Shown in pieces: positions 13,040 through 25,352 of a stretch of DNA of 64,000 bases. This DNA is from Cetorhinus maximus. Taxonomy: Eukaryota. The notes under the pieces were generated by a model, which was not told where the DNA came from, made no database searches, and saw nothing but the letters and a program-made list of their open reading frames with translations. Each line of letters opens with the position of its first letter. Within the stretch, counting starts at the first letter, position 1. The position numbers were made by a program, and so were the translations under genes. Where the stretch lies: positions 31,806,001-31,870,000 of the forward strand of contig NC_135899.1 of the NCBI RefSeq assembly GCF_964194155.1. The letters are read 5' to 3'.

Positions 13040-13740
13040 ATCTGTATTAATAACACCTAATGTGCCTCACTACTAAATTTTATTAACACTCTTGCAAAGC
13101 ACCTTGGGACATTGAAGTATGCTAAAGTTGCTAAATAAATGCAATATAATAAAAGCCAGGTCACCCTCAACCATCTAAAGTCTGAGGAATATAACCCGAG
13201 TTTGTTTAATCTCCCCTCACAGTTTAACCTTTGCGGTCCAGGTATCATTCTCATCAATCCACACTCCCCTCCCTCCAAGGTCAATACATCCTTCCTATGG
13301 TGAGGGGCCCAGATCTGCTCCCAGTATTCAGGTGTGGTCAAACAGGGCTTTGTAAAGCTGAAACATGACTTCTACCACCTCATCTTTCTGATTGTTTTCT
13401 CTACCTGTTCATGACATTTTAATTATCTCTGTACCTGGCTCCAAAAGTCACTTTGAACCTCCACTGTTTCTAATTTTTCCCCATTTAGAATACCCTAATC
13501 TAGCCTTTGTAGGTTCAAAGTGCTGACACCGAAATCCATTTACCAGTTTTACCCTCTGATTTAATCTATCAATGTCCCTTTGCAATTTGATGTTTCCATG
13601 TACAATGTTTACATGAACATCTATCTTGTGTCATCAGTGAATTTGGAGATGTGTTTCTTTTATCCCATCATCTAAATCATTAATAAATACAGGGAATAGT
13701 TGAGGCCCAAAACAGATACTTGCAGGACAGCAACTAGTCA
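13040..13740 (-). mobile_element. CR1 LINE fragment
   Basis: ORF 13057..13341(-) EYWEQIWAPHHRKDVLTLEG. Confidence 0.7.
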
Positions 13741-13748
13741 CATCAGTT

Positions 13749-14110
13749 CTGAGGGAGTGCTGCACTGTCAGAGATGGGGGGCTACTGAGAAAGTGCTGCA
13801 TGTCAGGGAGGGGGGCTACTGAGGCAGTGCTGCACTGTCAGAGGAGCAGCACTGAGGGAGTTCTGCACTGTCAGAGGAGCAGCACTGAGGGAGTTCTGCA
13901 CTGTCAGAAGAGCGGCACTGAGGGAGTTCTGCAGTGTCAGAGGAGCAGCACTGAGGGAGTTCTGCAGTGTCAGAGGAGCGGCACTGAGGGAGTTCTGCAC
14001 TGTTAGAGGAGCGGCAATGAAGGAGTGCTGCACTGTCAGAGGAGTGGCATTGAGGAAGGGCTGCACTGTCGGAGGAGTGGCATTGAGGGAGGGCACTGAA
14101 TGAGTGCTGC
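13749..14110. repeat. 33-bp minisatellite (ACTGAGGGAGTTCTGCACTGTCAGAGGAGCAGC), about 10 copies
   Basis: Period 33 (13851 to 13884); 11-aa repeats in overlapping ORFs; unit matches a SINE body segment. Confidence 0.9.
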
Positions 14111-14364
14111 GCTGGCGGAGGATTGGGGCGTGGGGATGGTGGCACTAATTGAATGCTGCACAGTTGAAGGTGCGACATTATGGGAGTCCTGCATGGTTGG
14201 AGAGGCCGTGAAGTGTTTTGCAAGTCCTCTGTACATGATACAGTCACTGGTTTTAATCTTCTAACTTTCAAAGCATGAAGAGGAGGTCCCGCACCCACCT
14301 CTGTAGGATTGGGTGGGCAGAGTGATTGTCATATTCTGGATAGATTGTCAATGTTTTTCTGTCC

Positions 14365-14530
14365 CTGATTGCCTGTGAGAGATGTCAATCAGAGAGCCCA
14401 CCTACTCTAACCATTCCTCTCCTACACCTCTCTCTCAGCTGCTTCAATTCCTTATAGGGATTGAAAACCAAAGGCGGAGACAGTGGAGGAGCATAACTTA
14501 TACAGATTGTATCCCATAATATCCACATTA
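14365..14530 (+). promoter_or_regulatory. Degenerate extra copy of the ZNF promoter/first-exon module
   Basis: Homologous to 11150-11315, but ATTGG, CRE, ETS and ATG|GT are all mutated. Confidence 0.6.
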
Positions 14531-14609
14531 ATGTTTAAGACTGAATATCCAGTGAGTGAAGGAATATTCTTGTGCTGTAACATCTCTGGATAGTGTATTG
14601 GTGGTGGAG

Positions 14610-15552
14610 GAAGAGGGAATTGAGTCTATTGGCAGTGGCAATCTTTCCAAGTTTGCTGACGACAGAAAACTGGGGTTCTGAGGAGGAGGCAAGGAGGCTT
14701 GAGGGCGATTTAGACAAGTTGTGTGTGTGGGCAAACACATGGTAGATGCAGTATAACATGGATAAATGTGAAGCTATACCCTTCGATGTGAAAGACAGAA
14801 AGGCAGAGTGCTATTTAAATGGTGATATATTTTGAAATGTGGATGTACAAAGGGATCTGGGAGTCCTTGTACACCAGTCAATAAAGTAAATAGGCAAGTG
14901 CAGCAAGCAATTAGGAAGGCAAATGGTTTGTTGGCCCTCATTGCAAGAGGATTTGAGTTCAGAAGTCTTACTGGAGTTATACAGGGCCTCAGTGAGACCA
15001 CATCTGGAGTATTGTTTGCAGCTTTGGTCTCCCTACCTAAGAAAGGATATACTTGCCATAGAGGGAGTGCAGCAAAGGTTCACTAGGCTGATACCGGGGA
15101 CAGCAGGACTGTCGTATGAGGAGAGATTGGGCTGACTGGGCCTGTATTCACAAGAGTTTAGAAGAATGAGAGGGGATCTGATTGAAACATATAAAATTCT
15201 AACAGGGCTAGACTGACTAAATGCAGGGAGGATGTTTCCCCTGGTTGGGGAGTCTAGAAGCAGGGGCCACAGACTCAGGATACAGGGCAGGCCATTTAGG
15301 ACTGAGATGAGGAAACATTTCTTCACTCAGAGGGTGGTCGACCTGTGGAATTCTCTACTACAGAAGGCTGTGGAGGCCGGGTCACTGAGTGTATTCGAGA
15401 AAGAAATTGATAAATTTTTGGATATTAGGGACGTCAATGGGTATGGAGAGAAAGCGGGAATATGGTATTTAGATAGAGGATCAGCCATGATCATATTGAA
15501 TGGCAGAGCAGGCTTGAAGGGCAGAATGGCCTACTCCTGCTCCTAGTTTCTA
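14610..15552 (+). mobile_element. CR1 LINE ORF2 C-terminus and 3' end
   Basis: SKFADD..LYRASVRPHLEYCLQLWSPYLRKDI..RHFFTQRVVDLWNSL, followed by the CR1 3' UTR. Confidence 0.9.
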
Positions 15553-15589
15553 TGGCTCTGATTAGGGGACTGGCTGTGTTCTTGATCCT

Positions 15590-16300
15590 GTCGAGACTTC
15601 AGTGTTGTAGATGTTCCATGCGTGTGAGTGGTGAATATTCCATCACACTCCTGACTTGAGACTTCTCGACAGTGGGGAGGATTTGAGTGGTCTAGTTTTA
15701 GGTTCTGTCCTTAGTCTACTTCCCTAGTGATGATTAACATGGTGAAATACTCATTCATCAGTTGGGAAGGGGGTGGCAGTTTTCCTTGAACTTGTTTGAC
15801 CTGAAGCTATGAGACTCCATGGAGTCAATATTGAGACTTCCCCACCTGCCAGTGGGATGGGACATACCCAGGGATGGTGACGGAGGAGTCTAGGATGTTT
15901 CCAGATTGATACAATTCAGTGAGTATCACTGCTACTTGACCAGTCTGTGGGGCAGCTCTCCTGACTTGGGTACTTGTCCTCAGACCTTGGTAAGAGAGAC
16001 TTTACAAATTTCACTGGGCTGAGATCACCTTAATCTTATTCTGACACAGTGCCAGGATTGTCCAGATCTATCTGATTTTCCTCGTATTATTGGACTTTGT
16101 AGTGATTGTTTATCATTGTTTGCTGGGCCACTTCAGAGGGCAGTTCAGAGTCAACCATATTGTGTGGGACTGGAGTCACACATAGACCAGACCAGGCAAT
16201 TGTCGCAGGTTCCCTTCTCTGAAGGACAATATTCAGAATTCTAGGACAACCTGAAAGTTTTCATGTTTGCATTTTGATTTTATCCCACAAATTTCAAAAG
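15590..16300 (-). mobile_element. Old 5' fragment of the tRNA-headed LINE family (head body + endonuclease start)
   Basis: Reverse-complement similarity to ~56380-56800; duplicated at ~31980-32780. Confidence 0.6.
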
Positions 16301-17762
16301 GTAATTCACTTTCACAACATGGAGTGGTTGAGGTGAACAGCATAGATACCTTTAAGGGGAAACCAGATTAACACATGAGGGAGAAAGGAACAGAAGGATA
16401 AGCTGATCGGGTGAGATGAAGAGGGGTGAGAGGAGGCTCATGTGAAGCATAAACACCAGAATGGACCAACTGGGCCGAATGGCCTGTTTCTGCACTGTAA
16501 TTCTATGTATGTAACTTTCAGTGGTTGGATTTGAACTCAAACTCTGGATTGTTAATCCAGCACCAGAGCAATTCGGTTGCCATACCTGGAGACACATTAA
16601 TTGAAATATCTTTTAATGCCCCTTTAAAGATTTTCCCTGAGGCCTCAGTCTTTCCCAAAAGCCTGGGCTTGGATTTGATAGTTTTGCCCAGTGCTGTGGC
16701 TGATAGCTGAATTTGGAACATGCAGTCTGAGCGAGTGCAGTATATCTAATTTCCCAGGATAAACCGGAACCCTTCAATCAGCTACACTGAAGCAATATTT
16801 TCCTTAGCTTCTAGCACTTCCTGTCCAGTGTTTTCTCCAAATAATTTTGGAAAACAAGGGGAGAAATTTCAAAACCTTCATTGAATTAACATTTCTCCTG
16901 AGTTTTTTTATATTAAACACATAATTTAAAGGTAAAACTGGTCTTTGGTGGCACAATTTGAGCTCAAAGTGAATTGATAGCCCGTTTTACACTCCACCCG
17001 ACAGTCTTTTCCATTGTCCTCACGGTGCCTGGGAAGATGGGGGTCTGGGTGGAGGAAAGAAAGTAGCCACGTTGTCTGCTCCTGGTCACTATCCAGTGTC
17101 CCTTCTGGAAACAGAGGGTGTGTGACAGTCAAGTGAGGGGGAAAAAATTGTATTTGATCTGCCACACAGAGGAATAGCAGACTGGCACTCACTGTGGAAC
17201 AGTCTCTAACTGAGGAGTCAGTCCTTTCAGCAAAGGAGGAGAGGGAATTGGGTAAATCACATTTCCTTTTCCTGTTTTACAGAAGGATTGCACCGTACTA
17301 CTCCAGAGAATACAGAGAGGATAGACACCACAGATAGATCCTGAACATCACCCAAGGAACAACTGCACAACTGTGGGAAGATATCCAGTCCCTTCACAGC
17401 ATTGCTCAACACAGAGAAGGTTGGGCAGTGAAACCATCATCTGGAAATCGGTCGGGTCAGGGAAGCTTTGACATATCATTAGATCTGAAACTGGTCAGTG
17501 GTGTGGAACCTTCCATCAGAACCAACCTTTCCGAAGGTTCGGCTGTGGGTGATCAGTCAGGGTGAGGCTGGGAAGAAGTGTGAGTGGCTCCAAGTGTGGT
17601 GAGAGCTTCAATCATTCATCGAGCCTCATGAACCACTGACTCATTCCTACAGGTGAGAGGCTGTTCAAGTGTGAGGTGTTTGAGAAGGATTCCACGGGCT
17701 CATAAGATCCCCGAACACGCAAGGTGCATCTGTTGTCCCACCTCTAACACAAGGACTGCTAC

Positions 17763-19538
17763 ATGGAAGAGAAACCATTGAAGTGTGAGGTATGCAATCA
17801 AGCCTTCACACAGTCATCGATGCTCATGAACCACCGTCGCGTCCACAACGAGGAGAAGCCGTTCAAGTGTGAGGTGTGTAACAAGGGCTTTTCTGAATCA
17901 TCAGCCCTGCTGAAACACTGGCGCGTTCACACTGGGGAAAAGCCATTCACGTGCAATGTGTGCAACAAATCATTCTCGGATTCATCATACCTCCGGGAAC
18001 ACAAGCGCATTCACACAGGGGAGAAACCGTTCACGTGCGAGGTGTGCAACAAATCATTCTTGTGGTCATCAGCCCTCTGTGTACATCAACGCATTCACAC
18101 AGGGGAGAAACCATTCACATGCGAGGTGTGTGAGAAATCATTCTCGCAGTTAACAACTCTCCGCAGACACCAACGCACTCACACCGGGGAGAAACCATTC
18201 ACGTGTGCGGTGTGTGACAAATCATTCTCGCGGTCATCGGACCTCCGTCGACACCAACGCATTCACACTGGGGAGAAGCCGTTCAAGTGTGAGGTTTGTG
18301 ACAAGGGCTTTGCACAATCGTCAGCCCTGCTGAAACATTGGCGCGTTCACACTGGGGAAAAGCCGTTCATGTGCGAGGTGTGCAACAAATCATTCTTGTG
18401 GCCCTCGGCCCTCTGTGTACACCAACGCATTCACACCGGGGAGAAACCATTCACGTGCGAGGTGTGTGATAAATCATTCCTGTGGTCATCGGCCCTCCGC
18501 GCACACCAACGCATTCACACAGGAGAGAAACCGTTCACATGTGAGGTGTGTGACAAATCATTCTCAGTGTCACTGGACCTCCGCAGACACCAATGCATCC
18601 ATGCTGGAGAGAAGCCATTCAAGTGCGAGGTGTGTGACAAATCCTTCTTGTGGTCATCAGCCCTCCGCAAACACAAACGCCTTCACACAGGGGAGAAGCC
18701 ATTCACGTGCGAGGTGTGCGACAAATCATTCTCAGACTCATCATCCCTCCACGTACACCGACGCATTCACACAGGGGAGAAACCATTCACATGCGATGTG
18801 TGTGACAAATCATTCTTGTGGTCATCGGCCCTCCGCAAGCATCAACACATTCACACAGGGCAGAAACCATACAGGTGCCAGATGTGTGACAAATCATTCT
18901 CTGATGCATGGTCCCTCCGCGCACACCAGCGCATTCACACAGGGGAGAAACCGTTCAAGTGCGAGGTGTGTGACAAATCATTCTCGAGGTCACGAGCTCT
19001 CCGCGAACACCAACTCATTCACACAGGGGAGAAACCATTCACCTGCGAGGTGTGTGACAAATCCTTCATGCAGTCATCGACCCTCCGGGCACACCAGCGC
19101 ATTCACTTAGGGGAGAAACGATTCAAGTGCAAGGTGTGCAACAAAGCATTCATGAAGTCATCGACCCTCCGCATGCACCAACGCATTCACACAGGGGAGA
19201 AACCATTCACGTGCGAGGTGTGCGACAAATCATTCTCGAGGTCTTCACACCTCATGCTTCATCAGAGGATTCACACGGGGGAGAAACCGTTTACGTGTGA
19301 GGTGTGTGAAAAATCATTCTCGGGGTCATCAGACCTCCGCGTGCACCAACGTATTCACACAGGGGAGAAGCCATTCAAATGTAAGTTCTGTGACAAAACA
19401 TTCTCAAACTCATCGAACCTCCGTGTACACCAATACATTCACACAGGGGAAAAGCCATTCCGGTGTGAGGTGTGTGACAAATCATTCTCGCGCTCATCGA
19501 AACTCCTGGTCCATCAGAGGATCCACACTGGGGTGTAA
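17763..19538 (+). CDS. C2H2 zinc-finger array protein, 21 fingers, no KRAB/SCAN/BTB
   Basis: 591-aa ORF composed entirely of 28-aa finger units. Confidence 0.95.
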   Translation: MEEKPLKCEVCNQAFTQSSMLMNHRRVHNEEKPFKCEVCNKGFSESSALLKHWRVHTGEKPFTCNVCNKSFSDSSYLREHKRIHTGEKPFTCEVCNKSFLWSSALCVHQRIHTGEKPFTCEVCEKSFSQLTTLRRHQRTHTGEKPFTCAVCDKSFSRSSDLRRHQRIHTGEKPFKCEVCDKGFAQSSALLKHWRVHTGEKPFMCEVCNKSFLWPSALCVHQRIHTGEKPFTCEVCDKSFLWSSALRAHQRIHTGEKPFTCEVCDKSFSVSLDLRRHQCIHAGEKPFKCEVCDKSFLWSSALRKHKRLHTGEKPFTCEVCDKSFSDSSSLHVHRRIHTGEKPFTCDVCDKSFLWSSALRKHQHIHTGQKPYRCQMCDKSFSDAWSLRAHQRIHTGEKPFKCEVCDKSFSRSRALREHQLIHTGEKPFTCEVCDKSFMQSSTLRAHQRIHLGEKRFKCKVCNKAFMKSSTLRMHQRIHTGEKPFTCEVCDKSFSRSSHLMLHQRIHTGEKPFTCEVCEKSFSGSSDLRVHQRIHTGEKPFKCKFCDKTFSNSSNLRVHQYIHTGEKPFRCEVCDKSFSRSSKLLVHQRIHTGV

Positions 19539-19920
19539 CCCTTCAAGTGTGAGGTTTGTGACATCTTCTACCCTCCTGGGCACCATCACACAGGGGAGAA
19601 ACTCTTCAGGTGTGATGTTTGTGACAAGTCTTTCACCCACTCCTGAAGCACCAGTGGATCCACACTGGTGAGAAACCATTCAGGTGTGAGGTGTGTGACA
19701 AGGCTTTCACACAGACAGCATATCTCCTGGTCCGTCAGAGTATGCACATGGGAAAAATCCTGTTGATTTTGAGTTCTGTAATAAAGTCTTCACAGTTGTT
19801 GGACCTCCTTGGACATCGGTGAACCCACACGGGTGACAAACTCTTTCATGTGACGTGTATCAGAATTGTTTTACCCAGTTCTCCTCCTCTCTCGCCATAC
19901 ACCAACGCCTCCACACAGAC
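19539..19920 (+). pseudogene. Decayed zinc fingers 3' of ZNF copy 2
   Basis: Finger/linker remnants with indels after the GV* stop. Confidence 0.75.
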
Positions 19921-20124
19921 TTAGAGCTGTGTCACCTGTTTCCGTTACACTGAGAGTTGTCTGTGTTGTTTACCCTCCAGTGCTCACACAGGGGAGCTTT
20001 CGTTCCAAAGCACTGTCTGTCTCAGCAGTGTCTGTCTCAAACCTCTCCCACCATCAGTCCAATTGTTTCAAGAAGGCCAATTTAACCTTTGACCAGATCA
20101 CCAAACATCACCAAAGGAAGACAT

Positions 20125-22550
20125 CTGTGTCTATGTCTCTGGGAGGATTTCCTCAGCTACAGGAAGTAGGTGATTCAGGAGAATGTGTATCAGGATTTTC
20201 CCTGCTCTGAACAAGAGGGAAATACCTCAATAGTTTCCACAGTGTGATTTATCTCCCTTCTGGAAGATAGTTACAATTGTCACATTCCTGTTGTCAGGAA
20301 TGCATGGTGGGGGAGAATTATTTTTCCTTTCAAATCCATAGTGTATGTGGAGTTTTGATGTGAGCAGAAGTCCACCAGCTTTGAAGGCCTCAGCTGGAAT
20401 ACCATCGGGGCCACAGGCTTTGTCATTTTTCATCTGTTTGATTGTTTGTTGCAGCTCTCCCATCAATGGTGACTCACCCATGGATTCTACCACAGGCACA
20501 GGGGGATAGACTGGAGGATATCAGCTGTCACTGTGGTTTCATAGTTAAGGAGTTGTTCAAAATGTTATTTCCAGCGTTATGGATGGCTTCAAAAAACCAC
20601 GGGTAGAATTTTCACCCTGTCGGGGGATTGTGCAGGGGCGGGCATGCGTAGACCCAATCGGCGCCCTTGATCAGGTCCACGCCGCCATTTTACACCCGCC
20701 CAATGTGACACGCACCGGGAAGCGCTGAGTGCTCCCTGTGCGGGCAAGGGGGGCGGTGGTTCCCTGAGTTGGGGCCTGCACTCTTTCACGCATGTGTGCG
20801 AAAGAGCACAGAAATCTCTCTGAAGCACAGAGGTGACTTAGGGAGATTAGTTTTAAGTTTTAACAGTTCAATAAAATGTTGAAAAAAATTTTATGACACG
20901 TCCCCTCATGTGAAACTGTCACATGAGCTGGGACATGTGCATTTCAATAAAAATGTTTGAGAAAATTTAAAATCATTCATGAAACCTCATCCCGCCCGTG
21001 GATGAGGTTCCATGAAAAGTGTGAAGGTCGCCTGGGTTCTTCACCTGCCCCCCAACCTTAAGGTTAAATGGGCAGCTCCGTTAATTATTTTAATTGTTAG
21101 TTAAATGGCCTTAATTGGCCTTTGACAGTTCGGCGGGTGAGCAGCTGAGTCGGCTGCATGCCCGCCGAACTGAAAATCTAAATGACGCGTGGTGACGTTG
21201 GGACACATGCCCGACATCACCCCCCGTCATTTTACACCTTGGCGAGCGGGCCCCGACACCACTCACCAAGCCGAAGAGTCTTCCCCATGTCACAATGATC
21301 AGCCTATTGTTGGATCTCTCGGGTTTTCCCTTCCCACTACGTTGTCTGGATTTTCTTTTGGGCATCAGCCTTGAGCTGTTGAAATGCTGCCTTCATGATT
21401 TGTGACCTTGGGTTGTTCTACCTGACAATGAAAGCTGATCGTTTTTGTTCCACAAGGTCACATGGTTGAGCATTATTTTCGTTGATGACAACAATGCTCA
21501 AATCCAATGGCCTGGGCACAGGAATTTAGTACAGCTGGCTTTCTTTAATCCCACTGTTTGGGAATTGAGTTGGAATTGTGACAATTTTCCAGGAGTGTGA
21601 GCGGCACCTGGAATTCCTCTCTTCGGTAGGCTGTTTTAGGGCTGAGACATTGATCTTCCTGTTCAATCTTTGGGCCTTGTGATGTCTTGGTGCTGGGTAG
21701 ATGGTCATCACCGATCAAACAAGTGGATGACCTGTCCAGCAGGCATGGATGTCCCCCACATGGATCGAGTAATACAGGCATCATTTAGAACTTTGACTTG
21801 GCTTTAGATCTTCCAGAGGAACCTCCAACATGGTCTTTGTTTTCTGGACAAAAACAAGAAAAATATCGAGAACAACGCCAGGAACTCTTCATTACATTCA
21901 TCAACGTGACCAAAGCATTTGACTCAGTAAATCGTGAGACTCTGTGAATTGTGCTCCAATGATTTGGATGTCCAAGAAACTTCATCACAATCCTGCAATT
22001 GCTTCATGATGATATGACTGCAACTGTCTTGAGTGGGAGATCTGAAACAGAAGCCTTCAAAATCCAGACTGGTGTCAAGCAAGGCAGTGTGATAGCCCCC
22101 ATTCTATTTACAATCTACCTGACAGTGGCTATTCACATCCCATGAAAGAATAAAAAAAACTCAGAGTCAACAAAAGCCCCAGCACATAGAGAAGTTATCA
22201 TCACCAGTCTCCTGTACTGCAGTGAGATCTAACTGTGTATCAGCAGCACATAAGAAAGCTAGAGAAATTCCCTCAGCAATGCCTCCTTCAAATGCTCCGG
22301 ATTCAATGGTATGACCATCGAACACATGCCAGTGCCCTTCTTGAAGTCATGTTCACAAGCATTCAGGCAAAACTCCTGCAAAATCAACTGCGATGGACTG
22401 GACACTGTCTGGATAGCCAAAAAATAGTCAACCCCACCAGCTCCTACTTTCTCAACTTTCAAACGGACAACATTCCAGTGGAGGACAAGGAAAACATTTC
22501 CAAAGCGCAAGCAAATCCTGCATTCTGGATCCCACTATCCCCGCGGGACG
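20125..22550. mobile_element. RTE-clade LINE with inverted 5' part (minus 20125-~21790, plus ~21800-22550)
   Basis: Minus: KQMKNDKACGPDGIPAE..KGDKSHCGNY..ILPET; plus: GFRSSRGT..TKAFDSVNR..TGVKQGSVIAP. Confidence 0.85.
20601..21285. mobile_element. Harbinger-type non-autonomous element nested in the RTE
   Basis: GGGTAGAATTTTC start, imperfect GAAGAGTCTTCCC end, near-TSD CAC/CAT, CpG-rich internally palindromic body. Confidence 0.6.
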
Positions 22551-23892
22551 TCCTGCCCCATGTGCCTAAAGATCTGTGGATTGAGAATCAGCCAGGTCGG
22601 TCACATGACACCCATGGCAGAAACTCACGACTCTGAATAGACAAGATCCTTGAATCGACGGACAGCTGACGGGGAGGAACAGATGACTAAAAGTTTGGTC
22701 AAAGAGATGGGATTTAAGGAGGGTGTGAAATGGGAAGAGAGACATAAAGATGCAGAGAGGTTTAAGGAGAGAATTCATGAGCAGGGAGCCTGGATGGCTG
22801 AAGACACAGTTGTCAATGGTGAAGTGAAGGAAGTGGGGCGGATGTACTAAAGGCCAGAATTGGAGGAGCTCAGAGATCTCGGAGGGGGATGCGACTATAG
22901 GTGACAGGGACAGGGAGGGGGAAAGGCCACGGAGCAATTTGTACTGGAGCATGAGAATTTTAAATTGGAGACACTGGGGGACTGGGAACCAATGTAGGTC
23001 AGCGAGCACAGGGTGATAGGTGTGTGAGTTAGGATAGAGACCGCAGAGTTTTAGCTGACCTGAAGTTTCTGGAGGGTGGAAGATGGGAAGCTGGACAGGA
23101 GAGCATTGGGATGGCCGAGTCTAGTCGAGAAGCAATAACAGCATGGATGAGGATTTCAAAAGCAGATGCACTAATGTAGGGGTGGGCGTGTTGGAAATGG
23201 GCGATGTTACAGAGGGGGAAGTAGGCGATCTTTGTGATGAAGAGATGGGGTCAGAAGCTCAATTGGAGGTTGAAGAGGATGACACTGACTAATTGTTGCT
23301 GGAGATGAGAGTGGAGAGGGCAATGGAGAGGAAGTTAAGGAACATAGGAACTGGAGTAATCTTTCAAGTTAGTTGTGTCATTCAATTAGATAATGACTGA
23401 TCTGTATCTTAACTCTATCTACCTGTCTTGGCTCTGCAACCCTTAATCCCCCTGCCTAACAATAAACCTATCAATCGCAGACTTTAAATTTTCAATTGTC
23501 TTTCAGCCTGAACAGATTTTTGTGGGGAGAGAGTTCCAGATTTCCAGTCCCCTTTTTGTGAAGAAGTGTTTGCTGACATCGCCCCTGAACAGACTGGCTT
23601 GAATTTTAATGCTCTGCCCCCTTGTTCTGGTCTCTCCCACCAGAGGAATAGTTTCTCTCTAACTACTCTATCAACTCGTTTAATCATCTTAAACACCTCA
23701 ATTAGATTACCCCTTAATTTTCTACATTCAAGGGAATACAAGCTCAGTCTGTGCAACCTATCCTCAGAATTTAACCCTTTTAGCCCCAGGAACATTCTGG
23801 TGAATCTACGCTGCTGTCCCTCCAAGGCCAATATATCCTTCCTGAGGTACGGTGCCCAGAACTGAACACAGTTCTCCAGATAGGGTCTAAAC

Positions 23893-25201
23893 CAGGGTTA
23901 TCCAACTGTTTTCTCACTCAAGAGCCAATGAGCAAGTTTCAGAAAGATGAGGTTTGGCAAACAATAAAAGTGAGTTTCAAAAAAAAGTTGTGATATTAAG
24001 AAAAGAAACAACCTGCTGAATAAAAAACAAAAACAATGTCAAAGCAATAAACGATAATTTAAAAAATTAAAGATGACCTTTCGAGTGAGAGTTTGAGGGT
24101 GTGTGTCCTGTTCACTTGCTTTCTCAGGGTGCTTACTCACCCGTACACCCACTGTGTGAGTGGGTGTGTTGATGTGTCGGGGTGAGGGCAAGTGAGAATC
24201 TTTAGACTGGGAGTGAGCCAGACATACATACACATACTCACTCTCTCATTGATACACACTCACACATGCACACACACTCTCTCACAGACAGACAGACACA
24301 CACACACACACACACACACACAGTCTCTCAGACACACACACAAACACAGCCTTTTACAGACAGTCACTCTCATTCGTATACATGCACACTCACTCACACT
24401 CTGACACACACACACAGTCTCTCACAGACACACACACACAGTCTCTCAGACACACTCAGTCTCTCAGACACACACAGTATCTCTCAGACGCACACACAGT
24501 CTCTCAGACACACACAAACACACAGCCTTTTACAGACAGTCACTCTCTCATTCGTATACACGCACACTCACTCACACTCACAGTCTCTCAGACACACACA
24601 GTCTCAGACACACACACAGTCTCTCACAGACACACACAAAAATACAGCCTCTCACAGACACAGTCACCCTCTCTCTCTCACACACATACCTACTCTCGCA
24701 CATACTCACTCACTCTCTCTCTGTCTCTTACACACAAACGCATACCTGCCAACCCAGGTGCTTTGGAGATTAAAACGCTGAGGAGAGCTTTGGTACAGCT
24801 GTAGGTTCTTTCCCCATCCTGTCCAACACTCCAGCTGCCCTGGGTCCTGTTGTTGCTGTTGACGCTCCGCCATCTTGGCTGCTTTAGGGGTCTTGTCTTC
24901 CCCCCAACCCCAGCAGTCAGTCACCTTTCTCTCTCCACTCCTTCACCGCACGGCAGGTAATCGCTCTTCCTCCCTCCCTGGAAAGCCTTTCTTCCACAGC
25001 AGATTCACTGCCACCATCGGTGTTCAGGCCTCAGGCTACATGAAACCTGTTTGCTGCTCCCCCAATCACAGACTGTTTCTCTCCCACTTCACCAGTGAGC
25101 CTATCAGAAGCAAATACAGGAGAGAAACAGCCTTTGTTTGGAGGAGCAGAATCATTCACTTCACTTACCTCTATTTTGAACAGTGAGTGTGCAGGCCAAA
25201 T
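23893..25201. mobile_element. hAT (Charlie-like) insertion containing a CA-rich simple repeat
   Basis: 8-bp TSD GTCTAAAC (23885-23892, 25202-25209); CAGGGTTATCCAAC left end; right TIR not found; absent in units 1 and 3. Confidence 0.6.
24220..24740. repeat. CA/CT-rich compound microsatellite
   Basis: (CA)n runs with recurrent cagtctctcagacacac units. Confidence 0.9.
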
Positions 25202-25211
25202 GTCTAAACAG

Positions 25212-25352
25212 AAATAAAAACAGAAATACCTGGAAAAACTCAGCAGGTCTGGCAGCATCTGTGGAGGTAGAAAGTGTTAACGTTTTGAGTCTATATGCGT
25301 TTTCTGTTTTTACTTCAGATTTCCAGCATCCGCTGTATTTTGTTTTTATCCT
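25212..25352. mobile_element. Short Penelope-terminus-like repeat
   Basis: aaaaacagaaa..ctggaaaaactcagcaggtctggcagcatctgtgg; similar text at 43441-43540 and, inverted, at 57055-57160. Confidence 0.55.

Noticed and set aside
13749-14110. CRISPR-like regular repeat
   Set aside because: No unique spacers; eukaryotic head-to-tail minisatellite
18415-19110. 231-aa alternative-frame ORF over ZNF copy 2 (also 34372-34824 and 34918-35481)
   Set aside because: Shadow frames produced by 84-bp finger periodicity
24192-24804. His/Thr/Ser-rich ORFs
   Set aside because: Translation of a CA microsatellite
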